A stretch of DNA of 64,000 nt from Candidatus Anderseniibacteriota bacterium (GCA_016197005.1 JACPWO010000004.1:70305-134304); one strand, 5' to 3'; positions 51,632-61,767 are shown, counted from the first letter of the stretch. The notes: generated by a model from the sequence alone, not told the origin. Numbers and translations are program-made.

Positions 51632-53989
51632 GTGGGTAGCAAGGAGATGGTATATACTGGCGCAATGAGCCAAGACACTAAATCTCAACTGCCCACGGTT
51701 TATATTATGTTCGGCGCAACGGGCGATTTAGCCCGCCGCAAGCTTATCCCAGCCCTTTTTGCGCTGTATAAAAAGAAGCTCCTACCAGCTCTTTTCCAGG
51801 TAGTTGGGTTCTCTCGCAGTGCTCGCACTGATGCTGAATTTCAGACATATGTGGCAGAAATTACTGGTTCAAAAGAATTTGCACAGCTCTTCTATTATCG
51901 CTCTGGATTATTTGAGGACCCGACTGGATATAAGGATTTAGCGAAGTTGCTGGGGAAGCAAGACAAAGAGTGGCATACCTGTGCTAATAAGTTATTTCAC
52001 TTAGCAGTCCCGCCTCAGTATTACCAAACAATTTTTCAAAACTTGGATGCCTCGGGCTTAACCGAACCATGTGGTCCTGACGAAGGTTGGACGCGCGTTA
52101 TTGTTGAAAAACCATTTGGCAAAGATCTCACAACGGCTCAAGAACTTGATCTCCTGCTCGGAAAACTGTTTCGAGAAGAGCAGATCTTTCGTATTGACCA
52201 CTACTTAGGCAAGGAAACTGCCCGCAATATTTTAGCTTTCCGCTTCTCCAATACATTTTTACAGCCATCCTGGGATAGTCGATCAATAGAATCTGTCCAC
52301 GTGCATTTTCCAGAAGAAAGTGACTTAGAAGGCCGGGGTAGTTTTTACGATGGGGTAGGGGCACTACGAGATGTGGGGCAAAATCACATGCTCCAGCTTT
52401 TGGCGCTGTTTCTCATGGATAATCCAGGACAGTTTGATGCGGATTCAATTCGACGGGAACGAACACGTGTCCTCGAAGCACTCGAAGTGATGGATGAGCA
52501 GGATATTATTGAACGGACAGTACGTGGACAGTATGAAGGGTATAAGGAGACTGAGAAAATTGATTCGGCGTCACAAACCGAAACATTTTTTCACATTCAA
52601 ACGCATGTCAATCTTCCGAAGTGGCACGGCGTTCCCATTTTTCTTGAACACGGGAAAGCATTGAATGAGTCTAAATTTGAAATCTTTGTAAACTTCCGCC
52701 ATCACACGCCGTGTCTATGCCCACCGGGGCAGCATTACAAAAATGAATTACGGTACCGAGTGCAGCCGGATGAAGGAATATTCACGTCGTTCTGGGTAAA
52801 AAAACCAGGGACGGAAATGAAGCTGGAGCAGAAGGACTTTTCATTTGATTACCACCGAGCCTATGACGAAGGAGAGTTCCTCGATGCGTACGTGAAGCTC
52901 CTACTGGATGCTATTAATGGCGATCAAACCTTGTTTGTAAGTACCGATGAAATTACCGCGAGCTGGCGCTTTACTGATCCAATTGTACGAGCGTGGCAGG
53001 CCGGCCTCGTCCCTCTTATCGCCTATCCCAAAGGCGCTGATCGTCAGGAAGTACTCAAGCGAGCACCTACGCCCAAATTTGCCCGCAAACAAATTGGCTA
53101 CATTGGTTTGGGCAAAATGGGTGCCAGTATGGTGGAGCGTTTGCTAGAGCATGAATGGGAAGTAGTGGCCCACGATCCAGATAAAAAAGCTCGCGAGCGA
53201 GTTGCGGCAATTGGTGCCAAGGCAGCTGGCTCTGCCAGTGAGGTCGTAGATCAGCTGCGTTCACCTCGTATTATTTGGCTGATGGTGCCACATCAAGTGG
53301 TGGACGAAGTGTTAAAAGAAATTACGCCGAAACTAGCGAAGGAAGACATTGTTATTGATGGTGGTAATACTTTCTATAAAGACTCAGTAAAGCGAGCGCA
53401 GGAACTTTCGAATCAAGGCATTCGTTTCCTTGATGTGGGCGTGAGCGGCGGACCAAAAGGAGCTCGACTCGGAGCCTGCCTCATGATTGGCGGACCTTAC
53501 GATGCTTACAAGCGAATGATGGGATTATTTAACGATATAGCCTCGGCTGGCGGATATGATTACATGGGCAAGTCTGGTTCTGGTCATTTCGTAAAAATGA
53601 TACATAACGGTATTGAATACGGCATGATGCAAGCTATTAGTGAAGGATTTGCCGTTCTAAAGAACTGGCCGGAAGAAAAACTAGATCTGGAACGGATTGC
53701 CAGTCTCTTCAATCATGGCAGTGTTATTGAATCTCGCTTAATTGGGTGGCTTAAAAATGCGTACGACAAGTATGGATTGGATTTAGATGAAGTGTCCGGC
53801 GAAGTTGCACATAGTGGTGAGGGTAGGTGGACAGTAGAGGCGGCTAAAGAATTAGGTATCCCCGCTCCAGTTATTGAACGTGCACTGCAGTTCCGTGTCG
53901 ATTCTGAGGACAATCCTAGCTATAGTGGTAAAATTCTTTCTGCTCTTCGCAATCAATTTGGTGGTCATAGCATAGGGAAGCTGAAATAA
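51632..53989 (+). CDS. zwf: Bifunctional glucose-6-phosphate 1-dehydrogenase (Zwf) fused to a short-form 6-phosphogluconate dehydrogenase (Gnd)
   Basis: G6PD: 'MFGATGDLARRKL', 'RIDHYLGKE'. C-terminal ~300 aa: 'IGYIGLGKMGASMVERL', 'VIDGGNTFYKD', 'GVSGGPKGARLGACLMIGG', 'GSGHFVKMIHNGIEYGMMQAISEG'. Confidence 0.8.
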   Translation: MGSKEMVYTGAMSQDTKSQLPTVYIMFGATGDLARRKLIPALFALYKKKLLPALFQVVGFSRSARTDAEFQTYVAEITGSKEFAQLFYYRSGLFEDPTGYKDLAKLLGKQDKEWHTCANKLFHLAVPPQYYQTIFQNLDASGLTEPCGPDEGWTRVIVEKPFGKDLTTAQELDLLLGKLFREEQIFRIDHYLGKETARNILAFRFSNTFLQPSWDSRSIESVHVHFPEESDLEGRGSFYDGVGALRDVGQNHMLQLLALFLMDNPGQFDADSIRRERTRVLEALEVMDEQDIIERTVRGQYEGYKETEKIDSASQTETFFHIQTHVNLPKWHGVPIFLEHGKALNESKFEIFVNFRHHTPCLCPPGQHYKNELRYRVQPDEGIFTSFWVKKPGTEMKLEQKDFSFDYHRAYDEGEFLDAYVKLLLDAINGDQTLFVSTDEITASWRFTDPIVRAWQAGLVPLIAYPKGADRQEVLKRAPTPKFARKQIGYIGLGKMGASMVERLLEHEWEVVAHDPDKKARERVAAIGAKAAGSASEVVDQLRSPRIIWLMVPHQVVDEVLKEITPKLAKEDIVIDGGNTFYKDSVKRAQELSNQGIRFLDVGVSGGPKGARLGACLMIGGPYDAYKRMMGLFNDIASAGGYDYMGKSGSGHFVKMIHNGIEYGMMQAISEGFAVLKNWPEEKLDLERIASLFNHGSVIESRLIGWLKNAYDKYGLDLDEVSGEVAHSGEGRWTVEAAKELGIPAPVIERALQFRVDSEDNPSYSGKILSALRNQFGGHSIGKLK

Positions 53990-53994
53990 GATCA

Positions 53995-54717
53995 TTGACG
54001 GCCCGAACAATTGAGCAAAGTATGGGATATAGTCGGCTCGTGGAGCTGCGCTCTTTCCAGAAACTGAACTTGTGGAGAACATCAATGTCAATGCTCGGTT
54101 CGCAGCCTATCAGCGACAGTGTATTTCCTACAATTCACCAGATCCCTACATTGAGAAACGTACTTATACGAGAGGGGTGCTTGTTTTACAGCAAAGAAGA
54201 TATCGAGATTTACCAGAAGCAATTGCAAGAACAGCACACATCGGTATGGACCCGTATAATGCAACGTCTCCAACAGATTTCAGGACTGGTGATATTTGTA
54301 GCTGGCTGGTTAAGCGTAGTCGGCTTCGCTTTGGTTGCTTGCACCATGATGCTTTCATCGGTACGTAGCGTATGGGTTGGAACTCCAATTGAGCCTTGGC
54401 AGTGGCTGTGGGACTGGACGCCTTGGGGCGCATGGATTTGGTTGCTGGCAATTTTCCTGCAAGCCATGAGTGAAATGTTTGTTAATGGGCCAGAATGGGT
54501 GTGCGCACAAGTAACCGTGAATGTTTCTCTACCAGCGCAGGTACGCGAAATGGAAACAAGAATTCGAGTACATTTTCCTCACGCTCGTTTCTTTGTCCAT
54601 TACTTGTCCGTCAAGGATGAGAAATATTACAGGATGTTCTCCGTCGATTCAGGAGACAGCAAGGATCGCAACGTGGTTGCGATCTGGGACGAAAATCAAA
54701 ACGTACTACCGTGTTAG
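53995..54717 (+). CDS. Hypothetical Trp-rich membrane protein
   Basis: 240 aa with two or three TMs; 'PWQWLWDWTPWGAWIWLLAIF'. Confidence 0.35.
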   Translation: MTARTIEQSMGYSRLVELRSFQKLNLWRTSMSMLGSQPISDSVFPTIHQIPTLRNVLIREGCLFYSKEDIEIYQKQLQEQHTSVWTRIMQRLQQISGLVIFVAGWLSVVGFALVACTMMLSSVRSVWVGTPIEPWQWLWDWTPWGAWIWLLAIFLQAMSEMFVNGPEWVCAQVTVNVSLPAQVREMETRIRVHFPHARFFVHYLSVKDEKYYRMFSVDSGDSKDRNVVAIWDENQNVLPC

Positions 54718-54783
54718 TAACCTCTCTGCCAAAGTGCCGGGAGTTTTTTTGACCTTTACGCATTCATTGCGGCGTTTTACCCT

Positions 54784-56118
54784 TTGACCATGCCGTTTAA
54801 TCCGAACATTTACCGCTCCTATGATATCCGAGGTGTTGTACCAGACGACTTAGACGCAGCAGAGGGGTATCACATTGGCCGAGCCTACGCGCACTATACG
54901 AACGCAAAGAAAGTAGTTGTAGCGCGAGATATGCGCCAGAGCGGGGTTGAGATAGAAAAAGAAGTTATGCGGGGACTCACGGAAGGTGGAGTAAACGTTA
55001 TCAGTATTGGCATGGCTTCTACTCCGATGTTCTATTTCGCTGTCCATCATCTAAAAACTGATGGTGGACTGATGGTAACTGCCTCGCATAATCCAGCCAA
55101 ATACAATGGCGTTAAAATTACGCGAGCTGAGGCTGTTCCGGTAGGCGGGGATTCGGGACTGATGGATATTCGGGATCTCGTAGCAAAGCGTACGTGGCCA
55201 ACTTCAGAGAATATTGGCGTCGTTACTACTCAAGACGTTCGGCAGGCGTATCTCGATTTAGTCACCAAGAATGTACAGGCAAACAATCTTAACCTAGTCG
55301 TTGATGCCGGTAATGGCATGGTCGGTATGTTGCTGCCGGAGTATTTCCAGAAAGTTGGTGGGAACGTAACCCAACTATACTGGGAACCTGACGGGACGTT
55401 TCCTAATCACGAAGCTGATCCACTGACAGCAAAGAATAGAGTGGATGCAGAAAAAGCAGTTCTTCAGCAGAAAGCGGATATCGGGATAATGTATGACGGC
55501 GATGGGGATCGCGTATTTTTTATTGATGAAACAGGAAAAACAATCCCGGGAGATATTTCCCTAGCTCTTATCGCTCGGGAATTTCTCAAAGAACATACCG
55601 GGGCCACGATTTTATATGATCTTCGTTCCTCTCGAGCCACGGCCGAAGCAATCAAAGAAAGTGGGGGCCGAGCGGTGATGTCAAAGGTAGGACATTCAAA
55701 TATTAAAAAGCAGATGCGAGAAGAAAAAGCTGTATTTGCCGGTGAAGTGTCCGGTCATTTTTATTTCACACCCCTCTATGCTGAATCTGCTCTCCTCGCC
55801 ACTGGATATATCATTCGACTTATGCAAGAAAGTGGCCAGCGTCTGTCGGAGTTGGTAGCGCCGTTGATGCGCTATGCCAAGACGGAAGAAATAAATTTTG
55901 AAGTGGAAGACAAAGAGGCAGTACTGGCGAAACTCAAGGGGCAATATAGCGATGCTCAAATTCTTGAGCTCGATGGTATTTCTATTATATATAAAAACTG
56001 GTGGGCGAATATTCGACCTTCGAACACTGAGCCTCTCTTACGACTGAACATGGAGGCGAGTACCCCGGAGCTGTTAGTTGAAAAACAAGCTGAAATTGAG
56101 GCTATTCTTCAAGGGTAG
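54784..56118 (+). CDS. Phosphomannomutase/phosphoglucomutase family protein
   Basis: Active-site loop 'TASHNPAKYNGVKI'; four-domain length of 444 aa. Confidence 0.8.
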   Translation: MTMPFNPNIYRSYDIRGVVPDDLDAAEGYHIGRAYAHYTNAKKVVVARDMRQSGVEIEKEVMRGLTEGGVNVISIGMASTPMFYFAVHHLKTDGGLMVTASHNPAKYNGVKITRAEAVPVGGDSGLMDIRDLVAKRTWPTSENIGVVTTQDVRQAYLDLVTKNVQANNLNLVVDAGNGMVGMLLPEYFQKVGGNVTQLYWEPDGTFPNHEADPLTAKNRVDAEKAVLQQKADIGIMYDGDGDRVFFIDETGKTIPGDISLALIAREFLKEHTGATILYDLRSSRATAEAIKESGGRAVMSKVGHSNIKKQMREEKAVFAGEVSGHFYFTPLYAESALLATGYIIRLMQESGQRLSELVAPLMRYAKTEEINFEVEDKEAVLAKLKGQYSDAQILELDGISIIYKNWWANIRPSNTEPLLRLNMEASTPELLVEKQAEIEAILQG

Positions 56119-56172
56119 GTGCTCCTTCCAACTCGTTGTTTCTAAACCGTGCCATAGGCACAGGAGTTACCG

Positions 56173-56622
56173 ATGAAAATGTTCGGGTGGATAGGGATGG
56201 GAGTATATATTCTAGTAACGGTGGTGGCGCTGACGGCCTACGCGCACGTTGTGCCGTTTCCCGTTCTTCTTTCCATGATGCGAAATTGTCAGTGGGAGAT
56301 ACCTGAAAAAGAAGATTCTTCTTCACCTGAAGTATTCGAAGTGACTTCACGGGTGCGATGGATTGATCTACCAGAAGTAGACAACGCACATTATAGCTTT
56401 GTGGATCCGCGTGACCGGGCTGAAGCAATCCGTAAGGTTTTGCAGCTGGTAGCGACTATTCCGGCAAGTGCCCATTACACCGTGGTGGTGCCGGAGGGGC
56501 AAGAAGGACCTGTCTGCATACTCGTGGAAGGAGCAGACAGTACTGCTTTACCACAAGTGGTGCAGGTTAACGTGTCATGGGGACAGATACGGCAGCCAGC
56601 AAACTTTGTGGCTGGTAAATGA
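56173..56622 (+). CDS. Hypothetical protein with an N-terminal TM
   Basis: 149 aa; no motifs. Confidence 0.3.
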   Translation: MKMFGWIGMGVYILVTVVALTAYAHVVPFPVLLSMMRNCQWEIPEKEDSSSPEVFEVTSRVRWIDLPEVDNAHYSFVDPRDRAEAIRKVLQLVATIPASAHYTVVVPEGQEGPVCILVEGADSTALPQVVQVNVSWGQIRQPANFVAGK

Positions 56623-56636
56623 ACAGTGGGCTTGTT

Positions 56637-57629
56637 TTACAGCAAGCCCATTTTTTCTTTTACGAGATGGAGTGTGGTGTTGGCAATTTGGGAAGCTCTT
56701 TGAGCACCTCGACCAAGCACAATACGAAGTTCAGTGTCGTCCTTGCGCAGCAGTTCGTATTGCTCTCGTATTGGGCGCACTTTTTCTATAACTGCCTCGG
56801 CAAGCATTTCTTTAAACTCTTTGTATCCCTTACCAGAAAGTTCTTGTTCAATAGTGGCTGAGTCTTTATTAGTCATGGCTTCGTAGATAGCGAGGAGATT
56901 TTGGACGGCTGGACCGCTTTTCTCAAACGAAAATACTGGCTCAGTTTCAGTTACAGCACTCATAATCTTTTTGCGAATTATGTCAGGAGAATCACTTAAG
57001 GCGACGTATGTTTTTTCGCCATCACTTTTGCTCATTTTTCGTGATGCGTCCGTCAGTGACATAATTCTAGCTGTGGATTTAGGAATGTATGCGTTGGGCA
57101 ACGTAAATACTTCACCAAAGGTATTGTTGAATCGTTGGGCGATGTTACGGGTAAGTTCGACATGCTGGGTTTGATCTTCGCCAACGGGCACAAGGTCGGG
57201 TTTGTAAAGTAAAATATCTGCTGCCATCAGCACTGGGTAGGCGAATAAGCCTAAGGAAGTAGAGGTTTTTTGTTTGGCGGCTTTATCTTTAAACTGAGTC
57301 ATGCGAGAAAGTTCGCCAAATGGCGTCATTGTCCCTAAAAGCCAGGCGAGTTCACTGTGGGCAGAAACATTGGATTGAATAAATATGACGCTCTTGTCAG
57401 GATCGACACCGCAGGCGAGATACATCGCAACGGCATCAAGCACCCGCTCGGAAAATACTTTTGGGTTGTACGGGACGGTAACAGCGTGCAAGTCAACGAT
57501 ACAATAATAGGTCGTGTTGTCCTTCTGTAGCTCCACCCATTGTTTTAACGCTCCTAAGTAGTTGCCAATATGGAGCGTTCCGGATGGCTGGATACCAGAC
57601 AAAATTGTTTTTCCACTGGGTGTTTCCAT
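56637..57629 (-). CDS. trpS: Tryptophanyl-tRNA synthetase
   Basis: 'SGIQPSGTLHIGNYLGA' (HIGH) and 'KMSKSDGEKT' (KMSKS); 330 aa. Confidence 0.85.
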   Translation of the reverse strand: METPSGKTILSGIQPSGTLHIGNYLGALKQWVELQKDNTTYYCIVDLHAVTVPYNPKVFSERVLDAVAMYLACGVDPDKSVIFIQSNVSAHSELAWLLGTMTPFGELSRMTQFKDKAAKQKTSTSLGLFAYPVLMAADILLYKPDLVPVGEDQTQHVELTRNIAQRFNNTFGEVFTLPNAYIPKSTARIMSLTDASRKMSKSDGEKTYVALSDSPDIIRKKIMSAVTETEPVFSFEKSGPAVQNLLAIYEAMTNKDSATIEQELSGKGYKEFKEMLAEAVIEKVRPIREQYELLRKDDTELRIVLGRGAQRASQIANTTLHLVKEKMGLL

Positions 57630-57666
57630 AAACCCAGCCTACCAGTTAGCAGCGTTCTGCTACAAG

Positions 57667-59616
57667 CTACACTTCGACAATAACCGGTAGCACCATGGGA
57701 CGGCGCTCCGTACGTTGGAAGAGGAATTGACCAATATCATCACGTACGCTGTTTTTAAGATGGCTCCAATCAGGGTGTCCCTGTTGTTTGCCCATATGTT
57801 TGGTAATGACTTCAACAATCTTTTGGCGAGTCTCACGGATCAACTGTTGATGCTCTTTCATATAAACGAAACCACGGGAAATAAGATCAGGTTCACCTAC
57901 GAGGCGACCGGTGCGACCATCAACGGTGGCAATAACAACCACCATGCCGTCGGAGGCAAGCATTTGGCGGTCGCGCAGAACGACGTTACCAATATCACCG
58001 ACTCCTAGTCCATCCACCATAATGTGACGGAGTTCATATTTCTCACCAGTGAGGCGAGCTTTGCCATCAACAATTTCAACAACCTCTCCGTTTGCTGGTA
58101 GGAGACAATTACTGCGGGGGAATCCATTGGCCACTGCCATTTTGCAATGTTCAGCCCTAAAGCTGAAGTAGCCGTGAGCGGGGATAAGGAAGACCGGCTT
58201 TGTTAGTTGGATCATCTGTAACATATCACCGCGATGACCATGACCTCCGGAATGAATATCCATCATCTTGTAATGAATTACTTCAGCTCCTTGTTTGTAG
58301 ATAGCATCTTTGACCAATTGAACAGAAGCTTCGTTTCCAGGGATGACGGATGAGGAGAAAACAACCACATCACCGTACTGCAGTTCAATGGAGCGGTGCT
58401 CCTTGGTAACAATACGCATAAGGACAGCGTTGTCTTCGCCTTGAGCGCCGGTACAGAGAATGAGGACTTTTCCTGGGGGAAGTTTGGTCGATTCCTCTGC
58501 GCTAATGACTGTTTCTGGGCGGAAATCCATAAAACCAATTTCTTTGGCAATCGCCACGTTGGTTTTCATAGAATACCCATCAATAGCAACTTTACGACCA
58601 TAGCGTTCCGCTACTGACACGAGTTGCTGCAGTCGATCGATCATAGAAGAGAACGTCGCGGTAATAATACGTTGCGTTGGATGTTCTTCGAAGATCTTTT
58701 CTAAGTTGTGTTCAACAACTTTTTCGGACATAGAGTGGCCTTCACGTTCCGCTCCAGTGGAATCTGTGTACAGAACAGTAATGCCTTTTTCTCCGAGTCG
58801 CTTTAGATGTTCTTCATCAGCGGGAAGGTCGTTAACCGGGTTAAGATCGAATTTAAAGTCTCCGGTAAAGGCAATAGAGCCAGCTGGAGATCGCACGACG
58901 ACACCAAACGAGTTTGGTACGGAGTGATTGACGTGGAAAGTTTCAATTTCAAACTTTCCAAGTTTAAAGATTTCTTTCGGTTTTACAATATTTACTTTAG
59001 GTTTGGCGTATTGAGGAAAATCGGCATGACGCTTTTCCACCAATTTCATAGTGAATTCGGAGCCGAATACCGGAGGATTACCTAATTTTGGCAAAATATG
59101 TGGCACACCACCAAAGTGGTCATAATGAGCGTGAGTAATAATGACGCCCTTTACATTCTTTTCTTTGCCAGCGAGCGGAGAGATATCTGGAATGATGTAA
59201 TCGATGCCGTACATATTCTCGCTTGGGAACATGAGACCAATATCAATAACAACAATATCGCCTTTGTATTCCACCGCAGCGCAATTACGGCCAATTTCTT
59301 CGAGGCCTCCCATTGGAATTAAGTACATGCCATCCGGATTACGGGGTGGCTGTTTAACCATGGGTAAGTCGCGGTGTGTGGGTCCAAAATGGATACCACT
59401 ACTACGGCCACGTCCACCATGGGGACGACGGCCACCTCTACCACCTCCTGGTGGACGACTTGAACGACCGCGAGGCGGTCGTGAAGTGCTCTTGTGAGGA
59501 GCAGGTGTAGATGATTTAACTGTGCGCGGACGTGACGTAGAAACTGGTTCGGGTTTACGAGTTCCAGTTGTCCTCGGCCGCACAGGCGGAGGCGTCGGGG
59601 TATTCGGACTATTCAT
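57667..59616 (-). CDS. rnj: Ribonuclease J (metallo-beta-lactamase/beta-CASP) with a ~95-aa Arg/Gly/Pro/Ser-rich N-terminal extension
   Basis: 'VIITHAHYDHFGGVPHIL'; beta-CASP and C-terminal domain present. N-terminal 'RPPRGRSSRPPGGGRGGRRPHGGRGRSS' is low-complexity. Alternative internal starts are M86 and M97. Confidence 0.85.
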   Translation of the reverse strand: MNSPNTPTPPPVRPRTTGTRKPEPVSTSRPRTVKSSTPAPHKSTSRPPRGRSSRPPGGGRGGRRPHGGRGRSSGIHFGPTHRDLPMVKQPPRNPDGMYLIPMGGLEEIGRNCAAVEYKGDIVVIDIGLMFPSENMYGIDYIIPDISPLAGKEKNVKGVIITHAHYDHFGGVPHILPKLGNPPVFGSEFTMKLVEKRHADFPQYAKPKVNIVKPKEIFKLGKFEIETFHVNHSVPNSFGVVVRSPAGSIAFTGDFKFDLNPVNDLPADEEHLKRLGEKGITVLYTDSTGAEREGHSMSEKVVEHNLEKIFEEHPTQRIITATFSSMIDRLQQLVSVAERYGRKVAIDGYSMKTNVAIAKEIGFMDFRPETVISAEESTKLPPGKVLILCTGAQGEDNAVLMRIVTKEHRSIELQYGDVVVFSSSVIPGNEASVQLVKDAIYKQGAEVIHYKMMDIHSGGHGHRGDMLQMIQLTKPVFLIPAHGYFSFRAEHCKMAVANGFPRSNCLLPANGEVVEIVDGKARLTGEKYELRHIMVDGLGVGDIGNVVLRDRQMLASDGMVVVIATVDGRTGRLVGEPDLISRGFVYMKEHQQLIRETRQKIVEVITKHMGKQQGHPDWSHLKNSVRDDIGQFLFQRTERRPMVLPVIVEV

Positions 59617-59909
59617 TTGTCTAAATATTAATTTTAAGAATGAAGGTGAGCGACGCCGCTGGATAAAGCCAAGCGTGCGAATCGCGCACTAATCGAGTGA
59701 TTTTGAGAAATGCTGGGCTGTCGGCCTGCCTTACTCAAAAGCGCTCGGGTAAAGACTCCTTAGGAAAATTCGGAATCTATCAGAATTATTAGCTGTCTCG
59801 AGCATAGCAAAATGGCCGATGCTTGTCAAATACCCTTTTCCGGAGTACTTTATTGAGCCCTCCTTGTGGAGGATGTTGTTTGAAAATCAGGTAAACCTCG
59901 GAGCCAAAA

Positions 59910-61256
59910 ATGCGCATTGAACACTGGGCAACAGTACTCTTCGTGCTGGCCGTTTTGCACACGTTTGCGGCGGGTATCTTCAAGAAACTTGCCCATCGCC
60001 AACCCAAGAATTCGGGATGGCAGAATTTCTACGAATTACTGTCAGAGGCGGAGGTGGTGATGCTCGTTTGGGCATCCATTCTGTTCGGGTCGATTGTCAG
60101 TTTTGGGCTGCTTCACAGCCCTGCCTATGTTGCAGCGCTGGCGGAAGGGTTTCATCACGCAACTGAGTACATCGAATCGCTGAATTATACGGAGCCAAAA
60201 TTCGTGGTCGTTATTATGACCATCTGCGCCACAAAGCCGATTGTGCATTTTGTCGATGCCCTTATTCGTTTCGTGGCTCAGTTGATGGCTTCTGTATGTC
60301 GACTCTCAATGCCAGCCGCCTTCCTGTTTTCAGCCCTGACTGTTGGACCACTTCTAGGGTCGTTCATCACGGAACCAGCGGCGATGACGGTGACTGCAAT
60401 CGTGCTTAGCCGGCAATTCTTTGAACGAGGAATATCACGGCGGCTGATGTACGCCATGATTGGTGTGCTGTTCGTGTCTGTGTCAATCGGCGGAGTGCTA
60501 ACTCACTTTGCTGCTCCTCCAGTTCTGATGGTTGCCGGGAAGTGGGGGTGGGGAGTCGAGTATATGGCGCGCCATTTTGGCTGGAAAGCTGTTGTTGCTG
60601 TTGTTCTGAACACGAGTGGTCTCATCCTTGCGTTTCGGCGCGAGATCTCGACTTTTCGTCTCTTGGACGACAGTGACCAGCATGGCGCGGCGGCTCCCAA
60701 GAAACGCATGCCAAAATGGGTAGTAGCTGTGCATCTTCTGGTGCTCGCATTTACTGTCCTGACCGCTCACCATGAAAACATTTTCTTAGGAGGCTTCATG
60801 CTCTTTCTGGGCTTTGTTACCGTTACTCATGAGTTTCAAGAGCCGCTAAAGATTCGCCAGGCGCTGCTGGTGGGTGGATTTCTTGCCGGACTCGTTACGC
60901 TTGGGGGGTTGCAAAGCTGGTGGCTTGCCCCGCTTCTCCAGAGTCTCAATGAACTGCCACTCTTTGTTGGTACTACTTTGCTGACTGGGGTTACCGACAA
61001 CGCTGCGCTCACGTATCTGGGATCTCAAGTTCCGGATTTGAGTGAGCGGATGAAGCAAATGCTCGTTGCCGGGGCGGTAGCCGGAGGCGGCCTTACGGTC
61101 ATTGCCAATGCTCCCAATCCCGCTGGGTATGCAATTTTGGAAGGATCCTTTAAGCGAGGAGGGCATAGTGGAATTAACCCGCTCGGTCTGCTCGTAGCAG
61201 CTGCGGTGCCAACGCTGGTAGCGGCGCTGTGCTTCTGGTTCTTGCCAAGTTTGTGA
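59910..61256 (+). CDS. Polytopic membrane protein, putative ion transporter (ArsB/NhaD-like permease superfamily?)
   Basis: 448 aa with about 12 TMs; family unclear. Confidence 0.4.
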   Translation: MRIEHWATVLFVLAVLHTFAAGIFKKLAHRQPKNSGWQNFYELLSEAEVVMLVWASILFGSIVSFGLLHSPAYVAALAEGFHHATEYIESLNYTEPKFVVVIMTICATKPIVHFVDALIRFVAQLMASVCRLSMPAAFLFSALTVGPLLGSFITEPAAMTVTAIVLSRQFFERGISRRLMYAMIGVLFVSVSIGGVLTHFAAPPVLMVAGKWGWGVEYMARHFGWKAVVAVVLNTSGLILAFRREISTFRLLDDSDQHGAAAPKKRMPKWVVAVHLLVLAFTVLTAHHENIFLGGFMLFLGFVTVTHEFQEPLKIRQALLVGGFLAGLVTLGGLQSWWLAPLLQSLNELPLFVGTTLLTGVTDNAALTYLGSQVPDLSERMKQMLVAGAVAGGGLTVIANAPNPAGYAILEGSFKRGGHSGINPLGLLVAAAVPTLVAALCFWFLPSL

Positions 61257-61260
61257 ATCG

Positions 61261-61297
61261 ATCGGCGAGTGCGTTATGTGCTCGCCGATTTTTCTTA
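61261..61297 (+). terminator. Intrinsic terminator
   Basis: 'ATCGGCGAGtgcgttatgtgCTCGCCGAT' followed by TTTTTCTT. Confidence 0.7.
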
Positions 61298-61438
61298 TAT
61301 AGTTTGTATCTCCGCATGCTTACCGTCTGTGCAGTGGCACTCCTTAAGCTCATGCCCAGCGTGAGAACACCCCTCGGTTTCACAAACTTTTGGGTGGTCA
61401 GATACGCCACCACACTTTAGACATACAAAATGAGTCAT
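61295..61438 (-). CDS. Small (47 aa) Cys/His-rich putative zinc-ribbon/metal-binding protein; not in the ORF track
   Basis: Manual minus-strand translation: 'MTHFVCLKCGGVSDHPKVCETEGCSHAGHELKECHCTDGKHAEIQTI'. SD 'AAGGAGGTG' lies 7 nt upstream of the ATG. Confidence 0.4.
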   Translation of the reverse strand: MTHFVCLKCGGVSDHPKVCETEGCSHAGHELKECHCTDGKHAEIQTI

Positions 61439-61512
61439 AAAAACACCTCCTTATTTTCTTCAGTGTACGATCATTGTCTTTGACTGCTAGACTGGGTACA
61501 CTCAGGCCCACC

Positions 61513-61596
61513 GGGGACGTGGCGGAATTGGCATACGCGTACGCTTCAGGAGCGTATGACCGCAAGGTCGTGAGAGTTCAAGTCTCTCCGTCCCCA
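61513..61596 (+). tRNA. tRNA-Leu (anticodon CAG), class II with a long variable arm; no encoded CCA
   Basis: Acceptor stem GGGGACG/CGTCCCC, G18G19 in the D-loop, anticodon stem TACGC/GCGTA with loop TT-CAG-GA, variable hairpin GACCgcaaGGTC, T-arm GAGAG-TTCAAGT-CTCTC, discriminator A. Confidence 0.9.
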
Positions 61597-61767
61597 CACC
61601 TAACACAAGTATTTTTTGTAGAATTTTCTCCCTCTAGAAAGGCCTTTTTAGTCGGATGTGCAAAAAGTATGATGAAGTATGATATTATATGATTACGGTT
61701 GAAATTGGCTGTCGTCAGATGGACTGACTGCAGATTAACAATCACATATCCTTCAAGGAGGAATACG

